Positions 38,490 through 47,797 of a DNA stretch of 64,000 bases are shown here, piece by piece; positions within the stretch are counted from its first letter, which is position 1, and every line of letters begins with the position of its first letter. The stretch is from contig DASCPX010000157.1 in the NCBI GenBank assembly GCA_036012755.1, positions 1-64,000 of the forward strand. Direction: 5' to 3'. This stretch comes from Myxococcota bacterium (GTDB lineage Bacteria; Myxococcota_A; UBA796; CAJQPC01). The notes beneath the pieces were generated by a model. It made no database searches, was not told the DNA's origin, and saw only the letters and a program-made list of their open reading frames with translations. The position numbers and the translations under genes were made by a program.

Positions 38490-40040
38490 TCACCCCGACC
38501 AGCTCACGCGGTTCCGGCCTCCCTCCTTGCTCTCGTAGAGGGCGGCGTCCGCTGCGCTGAGGAGGTCGTCGCCGCTCGGCACGGTGCTCTTCGGCCCGAT
38601 GGTGACGCCTCCCACCGAGATCGTGACGCTGATGTCCACGTCGTCTCCACAGTCGACGGTCATCTGCTCGATCGTGCGGCGGATGCGCTCTCCGACGAAG
38701 CGGGCGCCCTGCTCGGGGGTGCCGGGCAGGAGCACGGAGAACTCCTCACCGCCGAGACGGCCGACGCTGTCCTCGCCGCGCACGCACTTCTCGATGAGCG
38801 CCGAGACTGCCTTGATCACGGCGTCTCCAGCGCTGTGGCCCCAGGTGTCGTTGACGCTCTTGAAGTGGTCGATGTCCAGCATCAGGACCGACAGCGGCTG
38901 TCGGTTGGCGCCGCAGCACGAGTCGATGGCGCCGCCCATGGCTTCGGTGAACGCTCGCCGGTTGAACAACCCGGTGAGGGGATCGGTGGTCGCGAGGCGA
39001 CGAAGCTCGACGTTGCTCTGACGCAGCTTTTCCGTCAGGTGCTCCTTCTCGTCGAGGAGCTCCTCGAGCTTCTTGGTGAACTCCTCGTAGGAAGCGTTCA
39101 CGCTCAGCAGCGACTGGTTCGCCTTCGACACCAGCTCCTCGAGGGTGGGCTGGCGCTTGATGTCGATTCGCATGTCCAGGGAAGCGCCGGTCATGTCGTC
39201 ACGGACCTGCTCGCAGACGGCCTCGAGGTCGAGGTGGGCGCGCGAGGGGAGGTGCTCCAGGAGCCGCCGGGCGTGGGCTACCGTGTTTCCGGCAGCCTCG
39301 GTCTGGACGATGTCCGCCACCGCGTCTGCGCAGTGTGCGACTTCAGCGAGGCGCCTCGTCTGGCGGTCGACTCCGACCGGGGCCGCGCCGTGGTGGTGGG
39401 CGATGGCAAGGGTGATGGTGTCCGGGAGGCCCCAGGTGTCGGCCTGTTCCATCACGATCTCGGGATGGGTCATTCCGCAGAGCTTGCGCTCCTCCTCGAG
39501 TCGGCGGGCTCCGGGCCAGGAGGTGGCGCGCTGCAGGGCGCCCCCGTGGTGGGGATGGGCGATGGCGAGCAGCAGCACTCCGATGTCCTGCAGCAGGCCG
39601 ACGGTCATGGCCTCGCAGGGGTCTTCGTAGCCGGCGACCGTGGCCAGGACCTGGCAGGCGATCGCGCGACGGAGCGAGTTCTCCCAGAACAGGACGCGGT
39701 CGAACTCTCCGGTGTCCACGTTGGCCGTCGTGGCGCGGACGGCGTGGGCAAGCGCTATGTTCCGGATGGTCCGCGTGCCCATGAAGAGCGTGGCCTGCTG
39801 GACCGAGTTGACCTGCCGGCCTGGGCTGTAGAAGGGGCTGTTCGCCAGCCGCAGCATCTCAGCGGTGAAGGCAGGTTCCCTGCTGATGAGGTTCGACAGC
39901 GCCCTCGAACTCACGCTCGGGTCCCCCGTCGCCTGGATGATCATCGCGAGACCAGCCGGTGGCGACGGCAGGGTGCGATGTGAGTTCTGTGCGGCCGCCG
40001 TCATCCCTTCCCGCTCCTTTGTTGGGTCCTGTCCCAACAT
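38490..40040 (-). CDS. HDOD-GGDEF diguanylate cyclase
   Basis: LRLANSPFY, GLLQDIG, IAHHH; DPLTGLFNRR, DIDHFKSVND, RGED I-site, GGEEF; start may be 40004. Confidence 0.93.
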   Translation of the reverse strand: MLGQDPTKEREGMTAAAQNSHRTLPSPPAGLAMIIQATGDPSVSSRALSNLISREPAFTAEMLRLANSPFYSPGRQVNSVQQATLFMGTRTIRNIALAHAVRATTANVDTGEFDRVLFWENSLRRAIACQVLATVAGYEDPCEAMTVGLLQDIGVLLLAIAHPHHGGALQRATSWPGARRLEEERKLCGMTHPEIVMEQADTWGLPDTITLAIAHHHGAAPVGVDRQTRRLAEVAHCADAVADIVQTEAAGNTVAHARRLLEHLPSRAHLDLEAVCEQVRDDMTGASLDMRIDIKRQPTLEELVSKANQSLLSVNASYEEFTKKLEELLDEKEHLTEKLRQSNVELRRLATTDPLTGLFNRRAFTEAMGGAIDSCCGANRQPLSVLMLDIDHFKSVNDTWGHSAGDAVIKAVSALIEKCVRGEDSVGRLGGEEFSVLLPGTPEQGARFVGERIRRTIEQMTVDCGDDVDISVTISVGGVTIGPKSTVPSGDDLLSAADAALYESKEGGRNRVSWSG

Positions 40041-40089
40041 CCGGAACGGACCGAGAAGGTCCGATCGTTAGGTTATTTCGCCCGACGAT

Positions 40090-40583
40090 CTATCCCCTCA
40101 GGCCCTTCTCCAGGCGCTTGAGTTCGTCGGCTTGCGGGTGGCGGGAGAGTCCGACCTCCAACAGCGCGATCGCGAGGCCGCGATCACCGGAGCTCAGAGC
40201 GCCTCGATCTCAGTGGCGAGCGCATCCGGAGCCGCGCTGACGGACTCGGCGAGGTCTGCCGGGGAGGGCCTCGCGCAGCGTCGGGCGAGAACGATCGCTC
40301 TGCGGGCAGCGCGCGCCGTAGCGGCCGTGTGCTCGAGCCGGTCGACTACTCGGCTGTCGGCTGGTTGGGGCAGGTCGGTGAGCAGGGCCTCCGCGACATC
40401 GGCGGTGCTCGGGTCTCCTTCGCGAAGGGCCACTTTGACGGCCAGCTCCGCCGTGCGAGCGCGTAGCTCTCCGTCGTCGGGAGTGTCGTTCAGTCGCTGG
40501 AGCAGCCGAGCCAGTTCGGCGCGGGTCGTCACGGGTGCGTTCAGGGGGACCTCTCCGTGCCGAGGGGCGATCGAGGATATCAT
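40090..40583 (-). pseudogene. Helical (TPR-like) protein gene with apparent frameshift near 40197
   Basis: ORF ends ...IEAL* at 40194; a second frame continues SSGDRGLAIALLEVGLSRHPQADELKRLEKGLRG* to 40090; start uncertain. Confidence 0.4.
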
Positions 40584-40591
40584 GAGAACCC

Positions 40592-41338
40592 ATGACCGGT
40601 ACCCCACTTCTGCTTGCCCTGGCCTGCGTTCCCGAGCAACGGACCGTTCAGGCGCTGGTGGACGCGCGAGCGGAACAGCTGGCTCTGGACGCCCGCATGC
40701 CGGTGCGGCTGGCCCTGGCGAGTGGAGGGATTGGCGCTCAGCTCGCTCCGCTGAGCTTCGACGGCTGGTCCGAGATGACGGAGGTGGAGCTTCGGGAGGA
40801 GCTGGCGGATGTCCTCGGAATCGGGGAGCCGGGCTACGTCCAGGCCAACGAGGGCACGGGCGCCATCCGCGTGACCTGGCCAGAGGTCGAGTTCACCCCG
40901 GAGATCATCGGAAGGGTCGACATCGACGTGCTCCGGCCCCAGACCCACTTCGTCATCGGCTTCGCCCAGAATCCAGGCGAGCCGCCGGGGATCTACGGTG
41001 ACGGCAGCGTCACCGTCGAGGGCGAGGCCTCGGGCGACCCCGAGCTGCGCGTGGACTTCGACTTGCGCGTGGGCCGGACTTCTCAGCACGTCGACATGCC
41101 GGCGCGCCCTGACCAGGAGTTCAGCGACTCGGGGCGCATCATCGACCCGCCGATCTGGCAGGCCGGGGGTGCGTTCATGCCGCTGGCGGGGGACTTCCGC
41201 TGGTCCCGCACTGTCCAAGGACAGCCCCAGGAGATGACCTCTCTCGACGCGGGGGAAGCGGTGAGCACATCATGGCCCGTCATCGCCGCGTCAGAGGACT
41301 GGGAACACCTCGTCGAGGTCGACCTCGCGCGTGAGTGA
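40592..41338 (+). CDS. Hypothetical lipoprotein
   Basis: MTGTPLLLALAC. Confidence 0.7.
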   Translation: MTGTPLLLALACVPEQRTVQALVDARAEQLALDARMPVRLALASGGIGAQLAPLSFDGWSEMTEVELREELADVLGIGEPGYVQANEGTGAIRVTWPEVEFTPEIIGRVDIDVLRPQTHFVIGFAQNPGEPPGIYGDGSVTVEGEASGDPELRVDFDLRVGRTSQHVDMPARPDQEFSDSGRIIDPPIWQAGGAFMPLAGDFRWSRTVQGQPQEMTSLDAGEAVSTSWPVIAASEDWEHLVEVDLARE

Positions 41339-41346
41339 CCTCCTGA

Positions 41347-42045
41347 TCAGTAGGAGACGCCGATCCATGCGCTGGCGCCCCAGGCGTGCACTGCCTGGAC
41401 CTCGACGCCAGCCATCATCCTGCCGCTGCGTCGCCATGGCTGACCGAGGGGGGCGCTGACCAGCTCGCCGCCGGCCACCACGCCGAACGGCACGCCGCGG
41501 GTCAGCTCGATCGTGACATCTTCCGTGTTCACATCGAGGGCGCGATGTTCGGCCACGACCATGGTGGGGCCGATCCAGCCGACCGCTCCACCCTCCGGCT
41601 CGCCGAAGGCCGCGACAGAAGCGACGGAGACGGTCCATGACCGGCTCTCGGATCTCGGGTCCTGCTCCGGCCCTGCGCTCACGACTGTGCGCCCGATCTC
41701 ACCCTTCGCGCACAGCGCAGGGGAGACCCCCTCGCGCGGCCACTGGAGCGAGAGCCCCGCGGACCCGTGCGGACCCCAGCCGATGTGTCCCGTGCCGCCG
41801 AGGTCCTCCTTGGTCCATGACCCGCTCCCCCAGGCGCCGATGGCGGAGTGGGGTCGGAGGTCCAGGCGCAGCTCACCGCCGCTGGCGACTGCCCAGCTGG
41901 AGCAGCGCTCGCCTTCGCAGCCGGTGTCGAGGCTGCTGCCCTGCCACGCACCCCCGAGCTGCGCTGCCACGAGCGCCGTGTCGGCGGTCCGCGCCGGATT
42001 CCCGAAGGGAGCGGCGACAGCTGCGCTGAGGAGGAAGGGGAGCAT
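41347..42045 (-). CDS. Hypothetical exported protein, possible outer-membrane beta-barrel
   Basis: Short signal peptide, alternating beta pattern, C-terminal ...AWIGVSY; immediately downstream of pilin. Confidence 0.6.
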   Translation of the reverse strand: MLPFLLSAAVAAPFGNPARTADTALVAAQLGGAWQGSSLDTGCEGERCSSWAVASGGELRLDLRPHSAIGAWGSGSWTKEDLGGTGHIGWGPHGSAGLSLQWPREGVSPALCAKGEIGRTVVSAGPEQDPRSESRSWTVSVASVAAFGEPEGGAVGWIGPTMVVAEHRALDVNTEDVTIELTRGVPFGVVAGGELVSAPLGQPWRRSGRMMAGVEVQAVHAWGASAWIGVSY

Positions 42046-42056
42046 GCCCCTCCTCT

Positions 42057-42305
42057 CTAGCGGTTCGTACCGGTCTTGCCGATCTTCCCGCTGTCGAGGA
42101 TCGAGCTCACGTCACTCGCGAGCTCCTGCACGCCCTTCTGGAACTGCGGCATGAACATGTAGGCGGCGGCGACCACCGCGATGATGATGACGGAGATGAG
42201 CAGCAGGTACTCGACGGTGCTCTGACCCTCCTCCTCGTCGATGAAACGAGTGACCGTGCTGGGGAGGCCGGAGCTGTTGATGAAGGCGCGAAGAGTCGTG
42301 ATCAC
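42057..42305 (-). CDS. Flp/Tad family type IV pilin
   Basis: EEEG|QSTVEYLLLISVIIIAVVAA prepilin motif; GTG after GGGAG. Confidence 0.88.
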   Translation of the reverse strand: MITTLRAFINSSGLPSTVTRFIDEEEGQSTVEYLLLISVIIIAVVAAAYMFMPQFQKGVQELASDVSSILDSGKIGKTGTNR

Positions 42306-42339
42306 GAGAACTCCCAGGGGGGCAGGTGCTCTTCCTTTG

Positions 42340-42355
42340 AGCAAGGGTCGTGCCA
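42340..42355 (-). promoter_or_regulatory. Sigma54 promoter of the Flp pilin
   Basis: TGGCACGACCCTTGCT, consensus -24/-12, 35 nt upstream of the start. Confidence 0.8.
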
Positions 42356-42462
42356 GCTCACGAGTTCATGATTCCAGGTAGTTGACGCCGCGCGTCAGGG
42401 CCAGTGCGACTCTTTCGACGCAGCCTCCATGCCCCTGCGACCCAAACGCCTCACCTGCGGCC

Positions 42463-43974
42463 TCAGAGGTCGAAGGTCACGCCCTGGGCCAGGGGCAGCT
42501 CCTTCGACCAGTTCAGGGTGCAGGTCTGGCGTCGCATGTAGCTCTTCCAGGCATCCGAGCCGGACTCGCGGCCTCCGCCGGTGTCCTTCTCTCCACCGAA
42601 GGCACCGCCGATCTCGGCGCCGCTGGTGCCGATGTTCACGTTGGCGATACCGCAGTCGCTGCCCGCCGCCGACAGGAAGGTCTCCGCGGCGCGGAAGCCG
42701 CCGGTGAAGACCGCCGAGGACAGGCCCTGGTCGACGTCGTTCTGCCTGGCGATCGCGTCCTCGATGTCGGTGTACGTGAACAGGTAGAGGATCGGAGCGA
42801 AGGTCTCGTGACGCCAGATGTCCATGCCCTCTGTGGCCTGGACGATGGTCGGCTGCACGTACGAGCCGGAGCCGTCGATGCGGTGTCCGCCGCAGAGGAC
42901 CTCGCCCCCTTGGTCCCGAATCGTCGCGATCGCGGACTCGTAGGTGGCCACCGCGTCATCGTCGATGAGTGGGCCCATCAGCGTGCCGCTCTCGAGCGGG
43001 TTGCCGATGCGGACCTGGCCATAGGCGCTGACCAGCCGCCTGGTGAGGTCGCTCGCGACGTCCTCGTGCAGGTAGACGCGCCGAGTCGAGGTGCAGCGCT
43101 GGCCGGCGGTGCCGACGGCGCCGAAGAGGATGCCGATCAGGGCGAGGTCGAGGTCCGCGTCGGGCTCGACGATGATGGCGTTGTTGCCGCCGAGCTCCAG
43201 CAGGCTGCGCCCGAGGCGCTTCGCCACGGCCTGGCCGACGTGGCGGCCCATGCGGGTGGAGCCCGTGGCGCTGATCAGGGGCAGGCGACGGTCGTTGATC
43301 ATGGTCTCGCCGACATCGCCGTCATCACCGATGATGAGGGTGAAGACCCCGCCCCACCCGTGCTTTTCGAGGACGGCGTTGCAGACGCGGTGGGTCGCGA
43401 TGGCTGTCAGCGGAGCCTTCAGCGAGGGCTTCCAGATCACCGTGTCGCCGCAGATCGCTGCGAGCATGGCGTTCCAGGCCCAGACGGCGTTCGGGAAGTT
43501 GAAGGCGGTGATGCAGCCCACGGGACCGATCGGGTGCCACTGCTCGTACATGCGGTGGCCTGGGCGCTCGCTGTGCATCGACAGGCCGTAGAGCTGCCGC
43601 GACAGGCCCACGGCGAAGTCAGCGATGTCGATGCTCTCCTGGACCTCGCCCTTGCCCTCCTCGAGGATCTTGCCGACCTCCAGGGTGACGAGGCTGCCGA
43701 GCTCCTCCTTGTGGTCGCGCATCGCGTTGGCCATCTCGCGCACGATCTCGCCCCGCTTGGGGGCGGGCAGCTGCCGCCACTGGACGAACGCGCGCCGGGA
43801 CTCGGAGACGACGGCCTCGTAGTCCTCGAGCGTGGCGAGCGCGACGGCGGCGATGGGCTTGCCGGTGGCCGGATCGATCGACTCGACCCTTCGCCCGCTG
43901 GTGCTGCGCGGTCCGGGTGCCCACGCGCCGCAGTTGAGCTCTTCGATGCCGAGACGGGACAAGAAGTCGTGCAC
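42463..43974 (-). CDS. Aldehyde dehydrogenase family 7 (aminoadipate-semialdehyde/P6C dehydrogenase-like)
   Basis: AFNFPNAVWAWN, LELGGNNA, GTAGQRCT, NIGTSGAEIGGAFGGEK, GRESGSDAWK. Confidence 0.93.
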   Translation of the reverse strand: MHDFLSRLGIEELNCGAWAPGPRSTSGRRVESIDPATGKPIAAVALATLEDYEAVVSESRRAFVQWRQLPAPKRGEIVREMANAMRDHKEELGSLVTLEVGKILEEGKGEVQESIDIADFAVGLSRQLYGLSMHSERPGHRMYEQWHPIGPVGCITAFNFPNAVWAWNAMLAAICGDTVIWKPSLKAPLTAIATHRVCNAVLEKHGWGGVFTLIIGDDGDVGETMINDRRLPLISATGSTRMGRHVGQAVAKRLGRSLLELGGNNAIIVEPDADLDLALIGILFGAVGTAGQRCTSTRRVYLHEDVASDLTRRLVSAYGQVRIGNPLESGTLMGPLIDDDAVATYESAIATIRDQGGEVLCGGHRIDGSGSYVQPTIVQATEGMDIWRHETFAPILYLFTYTDIEDAIARQNDVDQGLSSAVFTGGFRAAETFLSAAGSDCGIANVNIGTSGAEIGGAFGGEKDTGGGRESGSDAWKSYMRRQTCTLNWSKELPLAQGVTFDL

Positions 43975-44022
43975 GGGGTGTCTCCTGCGATAGGACGGCC
44001 GTCTAGCACGCCCGGAGGCCGC

Positions 44023-45009
44023 ATGCTGCTCTCGAGTCTTGCGCTCGCCGCGGACCCCATCGCGCTCGAGGTCGTTCCGACCGCGCAAGAGGGTCTCGGC
44101 AAGCCCGGCATCGTGCTCATCGTGAACCAGGACGCAGAGCGCCTCGAGGCTCGGGTCGACTGTGGAGGCGCCTGGGCTGCCCACGACGGCGGCGCCAAGA
44201 AGGGGGACCGCATCGCGCTGGAGCTCTCCGTGCCGGCCGGCCATCACAGCTGCAGCGGCAAGCTCGCAGCCACCTTCATGGACGGCAGCTCCGGCGAGAT
44301 GCCCCTGTCCTTCGAGGTCGACATGTTCGCGCCGCTTTCCGTGGAGGTGCCGCGGGACTCGCTGAAGCTCGAGACGACCACCCTGTCAGTCGTCATGGAC
44401 CGCACCCCGGAGAGGGTCGACGTGGACGTCTTCGGCCCAAGAGACGCGCCGATCGGGAGCGGCACGGCGCCTGGGATCGGGACCGCCGCAGGGGAGCCCC
44501 TTGAGGTGCAGTGGACGGGCTCCGGCGAGGTCGTGCGCATCCACGTCAAGGGCACCGACGAGCACGGCTACTGGTCCGCCATCGATCTGTTCCCCTGGGC
44601 CTACCAGATCCCTCACGAGGACGTGGTCTTCGACACGAACCAGTCCGTCGTTCGACCGGGCGAGGCCCCCAAGCTCGAGGCCGCCATGGTCGAGGTCGGC
44701 GAGGTCCGCAAGAAGTACGGACCGGCCGTGCCGATGAACCTCTACGTCGCTGGCTACACCGACACCGTGGGCGACCCCTACGCCAACCAGCAGCTGTCCA
44801 ACCTGCGCGCCGCCTCCATCGCAGCGTGGTTCCGGGACAACGGCTTCGAGGGCGAGATCTACTTCCAGGGTTTCGGTGAGAGCGTGCTCGCGGTCGATAC
44901 CCCCGACTCCACCGACGAACCCGGGAATCGTCGGGCCCTCTACCTCCTCTCTGCCGAGACGCCGCCGATGAGCACGGACCTCCCGCGCAGGGACTGGCAG
45001 CGGCTTTAG
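44023..45009 (+). CDS. OmpA-like peptidoglycan-binding domain protein
   Basis: VFDTNQS, AGYTDTVG, NQQLSNLRA, GFGE, NRRA. Confidence 0.88.
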   Translation: MLLSSLALAADPIALEVVPTAQEGLGKPGIVLIVNQDAERLEARVDCGGAWAAHDGGAKKGDRIALELSVPAGHHSCSGKLAATFMDGSSGEMPLSFEVDMFAPLSVEVPRDSLKLETTTLSVVMDRTPERVDVDVFGPRDAPIGSGTAPGIGTAAGEPLEVQWTGSGEVVRIHVKGTDEHGYWSAIDLFPWAYQIPHEDVVFDTNQSVVRPGEAPKLEAAMVEVGEVRKKYGPAVPMNLYVAGYTDTVGDPYANQQLSNLRAASIAAWFRDNGFEGEIYFQGFGESVLAVDTPDSTDEPGNRRALYLLSAETPPMSTDLPRRDWQRL

Positions 45010-45527
45010 CCGAGAAGTTCGAAGGCGACCTTCTCCCCGTCGACCTTGACCGTGAAGCGCTTCTTTCCCGTCACGGTGACGGGCTCTCCCTGGTGCCGCA
45101 TGGGCACGACCAGGACCCGGCTCGCGTGCTCCACCCGGCCCCGGGGACCCACGAAGCCGACGAGCTCGCCCTTGCGCCACGAGCCGTAGTGGGCCTTGCA
45201 GAAGCCCTTGGACTTCGGGTCGCCCTCGCAGCCCGGGACCTTGCAGCGCCTCGATGTCGGCTCGGCGGGCTCCGGGCTCGGGGCAGCGGCGAGCAGGGCG
45301 TCGCGCTCGTCTCGAAGGGCCTCGATGGTCCCACCGAGAGCGTCGACCCGCTGCGCGAGCTGGTGGAGTTCCTGGTTGGCCCGCGCCAGCTCCCGCTTGA
45401 GCTCTGAGAACTCCGACGTGCTCGGCAGATCCTGGCTTCTCAGCGTCTCGTGGACCAGGTCTCTGACGGGGACCTCGACGACGGCGCTGGCCGGGCGGCG
45501 GAGGAGACGGGCCAGGAGTTCACGCAT
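45006..45527 (-). CDS. Coiled-coil protein with C3H zinc finger
   Basis: Heptad region then CKVPGC-x8-CKAHY. Confidence 0.75.
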   Translation of the reverse strand: MRELLARLLRRPASAVVEVPVRDLVHETLRSQDLPSTSEFSELKRELARANQELHQLAQRVDALGGTIEALRDERDALLAAAPSPEPAEPTSRRCKVPGCEGDPKSKGFCKAHYGSWRKGELVGFVGPRGRVEHASRVLVVPMRHQGEPVTVTGKKRFTVKVDGEKVAFELLG

Positions 45528-46698
45528 CGGGCACCACGGGGGAGAAGCAAGCGAACAGACCCGGGGCGAGGTCGACGGGATCCGGCGAGCCGTCCAGATC
45601 GATGACGTGCACCTGCGGTTCGGTCCCGCGGGCTGCATCTTCGACCGTGTGGCCGGCGAAGGTCAACCAGCGCCCGCTGGGGTCGACGAGATCGTGTGAC
45701 TGCACGAACTGGTCGAAGAAGCGCAGGTAGAAGAGCTGCTCGCGGCTCGGCCAGAAGCGTGTCAGCTCTCGAGGGGGCGACCCGGGCTCCACGACCTTCC
45801 ACACGAGGCAGTTCGAGTCGAGATCGACCTGGGCGTAGACCAGCGCCCCCCGCGCCTCGCTCCAGGAAAACGCCAGGCACTCGTCGCCGGAGAGCTCGAT
45901 GGTGCCGTCGTCTCCTACCAGGAGGAGACCGCGGTAGGGGGTGCCTTCCCCCTGGGGGGCCGCGGAGAAGACGACCCGACCGGCCCCAGCCGGAACGATG
46001 GCCCCGAGGCCCTCGTACTCGAGCAGCTTCACCTGTTCGCTGCCATCGAGGCGGGTGCGGACCAGGGAGCTGTGTGACCGCCTGCGCTCGACATGCACGA
46101 CGTGGTCTCCCAGCAACACCGGCGCGCAGTAGTTGCCCGGATCCTGGGGAAGGACCTCGTCGGGCAGGCGGCCCTCCGTGTCCCGCACGACCAGCCGGCC
46201 GGTGCGGGGGTCGCCACCGCTGGCGGTGTGGACCATGATGCGGCGCCCGTCCGGTTGCCACGCGAAGAACAGCGGCACGCCGCGTTCCACGGCGCTGGCC
46301 TGACCGATCCGATCGAGGCGCACGTGCTGCAGCTCCAGCTCGTCCTCGTCCTGGACGAGCAACAAGAGCCCGCCTCCATCCGGTTGCCACTGGCAGTAGA
46401 GCGGGACACCACGCTCGACGGTCAACAGCTCCACCTGGCGAACGCCGGTGACGTCGACGACGTGCAGCTTCGCCTCGCCGGTCACCTCGTCGTCTCCACT
46501 GGGGAGCTCGAAGCAGGCGAGGCGATCCCCGGTGGGGCTCCAGGTCGGCCAGGCCCAGCTCTTCGGTTCGAGGTCGGGCCGTCCCCACAAGAGCAGGGGG
46601 TTGTCTCCCAGCGACAGCGTCAGCTGGGCCGGATTGCACCCGTCGGCGTCGATGAGGTGCAGCTGCCTGTCGGTCCCGACATAGGCGAGTCGTGCCAC
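45520..46698 (-). CDS. TolB/PD40-like beta-propeller protein
   Basis: PTWSPTG, WQPDG x2, FSWS, DPSGRW, FSP repeats; no signal peptide. Confidence 0.8.
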   Translation of the reverse strand: MARLAYVGTDRQLHLIDADGCNPAQLTLSLGDNPLLLWGRPDLEPKSWAWPTWSPTGDRLACFELPSGDDEVTGEAKLHVVDVTGVRQVELLTVERGVPLYCQWQPDGGGLLLLVQDEDELELQHVRLDRIGQASAVERGVPLFFAWQPDGRRIMVHTASGGDPRTGRLVVRDTEGRLPDEVLPQDPGNYCAPVLLGDHVVHVERRRSHSSLVRTRLDGSEQVKLLEYEGLGAIVPAGAGRVVFSAAPQGEGTPYRGLLLVGDDGTIELSGDECLAFSWSEARGALVYAQVDLDSNCLVWKVVEPGSPPRELTRFWPSREQLFYLRFFDQFVQSHDLVDPSGRWLTFAGHTVEDAARGTEPQVHVIDLDGSPDPVDLAPGLFACFSPVVPDA

Positions 46699-46700
46699 GC

Positions 46701-47093
46701 TCAGAGGACCGAGACCAGGCGCCAGGCTCCGACGGAGTGCAGCGCGAGGGCCGCGAGGGTGACGACCCAGGCTGCGATCGGCGTGACGGCCAGGGCGAGC
46801 ACGCCCCGCTTGTCCGCGGCCAGCTCCGCTTCGAGCTCGGCCTTCAGCGAGGGGGAGAGCTCCTCACGACGGGCGCGGAAGGCCATAGCCAGTCCCGTGT
46901 CGTTGTGGGTTCCGAAGGTGCCCAGTGACAGGCCCGTGGCACCCACGTAGAGCAGGATGGTGGTCCAACGAAGATCGGTGGTGGCGACCAGCGCGACAGC
47001 TCCGACGAAGCCGACGATCCCGAGGAAGAACAGGGGTGCTCCAACCCAGCGGAGGGCTGTGTGACGCGACGCGGAGGCGGCTTCTGAGCTCAT
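46701..47093 (-). CDS. Hypothetical membrane protein
   Basis: Three hydrophobic segments; tight spacing with neighbours. Confidence 0.65.
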   Translation of the reverse strand: MSSEAASASRHTALRWVGAPLFFLGIVGFVGAVALVATTDLRWTTILLYVGATGLSLGTFGTHNDTGLAMAFRARREELSPSLKAELEAELAADKRGVLALAVTPIAAWVVTLAALALHSVGAWRLVSVL

Positions 47094-47109
47094 TCGGCTC
47101 CCGCGGGGC

Positions 47110-47724
47110 TCAGCCCGCCTGAGGTACCGGGAGCATACCGTGGAGGAAGATCTGCACGACGCTCCTGGCCAGCGCCTCCTGGTCGCCCTCTGGCTCGGCA
47201 CCGACTGCCCTCTCGTAGGCGAGTCCGTCGCTGCAGGACTTCAGCAGCTGCGCGACGACGCGGGGATCGACAGGAGCGAGCACGCCCGCATCGATGCCCT
47301 TCGCGACGACCTCTTCGATGCGGTCGAGGAGCTCCTTGTGCACCTCGAGGAACTTGGCTGCGATCTCGGAGTCGCGAGCGGCCATCTCGGCCATGATCAG
47401 GAAGAAGCGTGGGCTGCGCATGGTGAGCAGGTGGCCGAGGATGCCCTCGAGCATGTTGATGAAGCCCTCGCCAGGGGCGTCCTCCGGGATGGTCGCCAGC
47501 ACCTTCTCGAGGATCGCGGTGGCCCTGATGTGCTCTTGCTCGACCAAGGCCTCGAAGAGCGCTCGCTTGCTCTCGAAGTAGAAGTAGACCGCGCCCTTCG
47601 ACAAGCCAGCCTCGGCCGCGACGTCGGTCATCCGGGCGTCCTGGAAGCCCTTCTCGATGAAGACACGACGCGCTGCGCGGAGGATCTCTGCGACGCGCTG
47701 CTCTTGGGGGGCATGTCGGGTCAT
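47110..47724 (-). CDS. TetR/AcrR family regulator
   Basis: ILRAARRVFIEKGF..DVAAEAGLSKGAVYFYFESK. Confidence 0.95.
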   Translation of the reverse strand: MTRHAPQEQRVAEILRAARRVFIEKGFQDARMTDVAAEAGLSKGAVYFYFESKRALFEALVEQEHIRATAILEKVLATIPEDAPGEGFINMLEGILGHLLTMRSPRFFLIMAEMAARDSEIAAKFLEVHKELLDRIEEVVAKGIDAGVLAPVDPRVVAQLLKSCSDGLAYERAVGAEPEGDQEALARSVVQIFLHGMLPVPQAG

Positions 47725-47797
47725 GCGCCACTTTAACCACTCGGTGCGTGGCCGAAGGGACTCGCCTGCGCGGAAACGACGTTAGCAAGCGCGCGAA

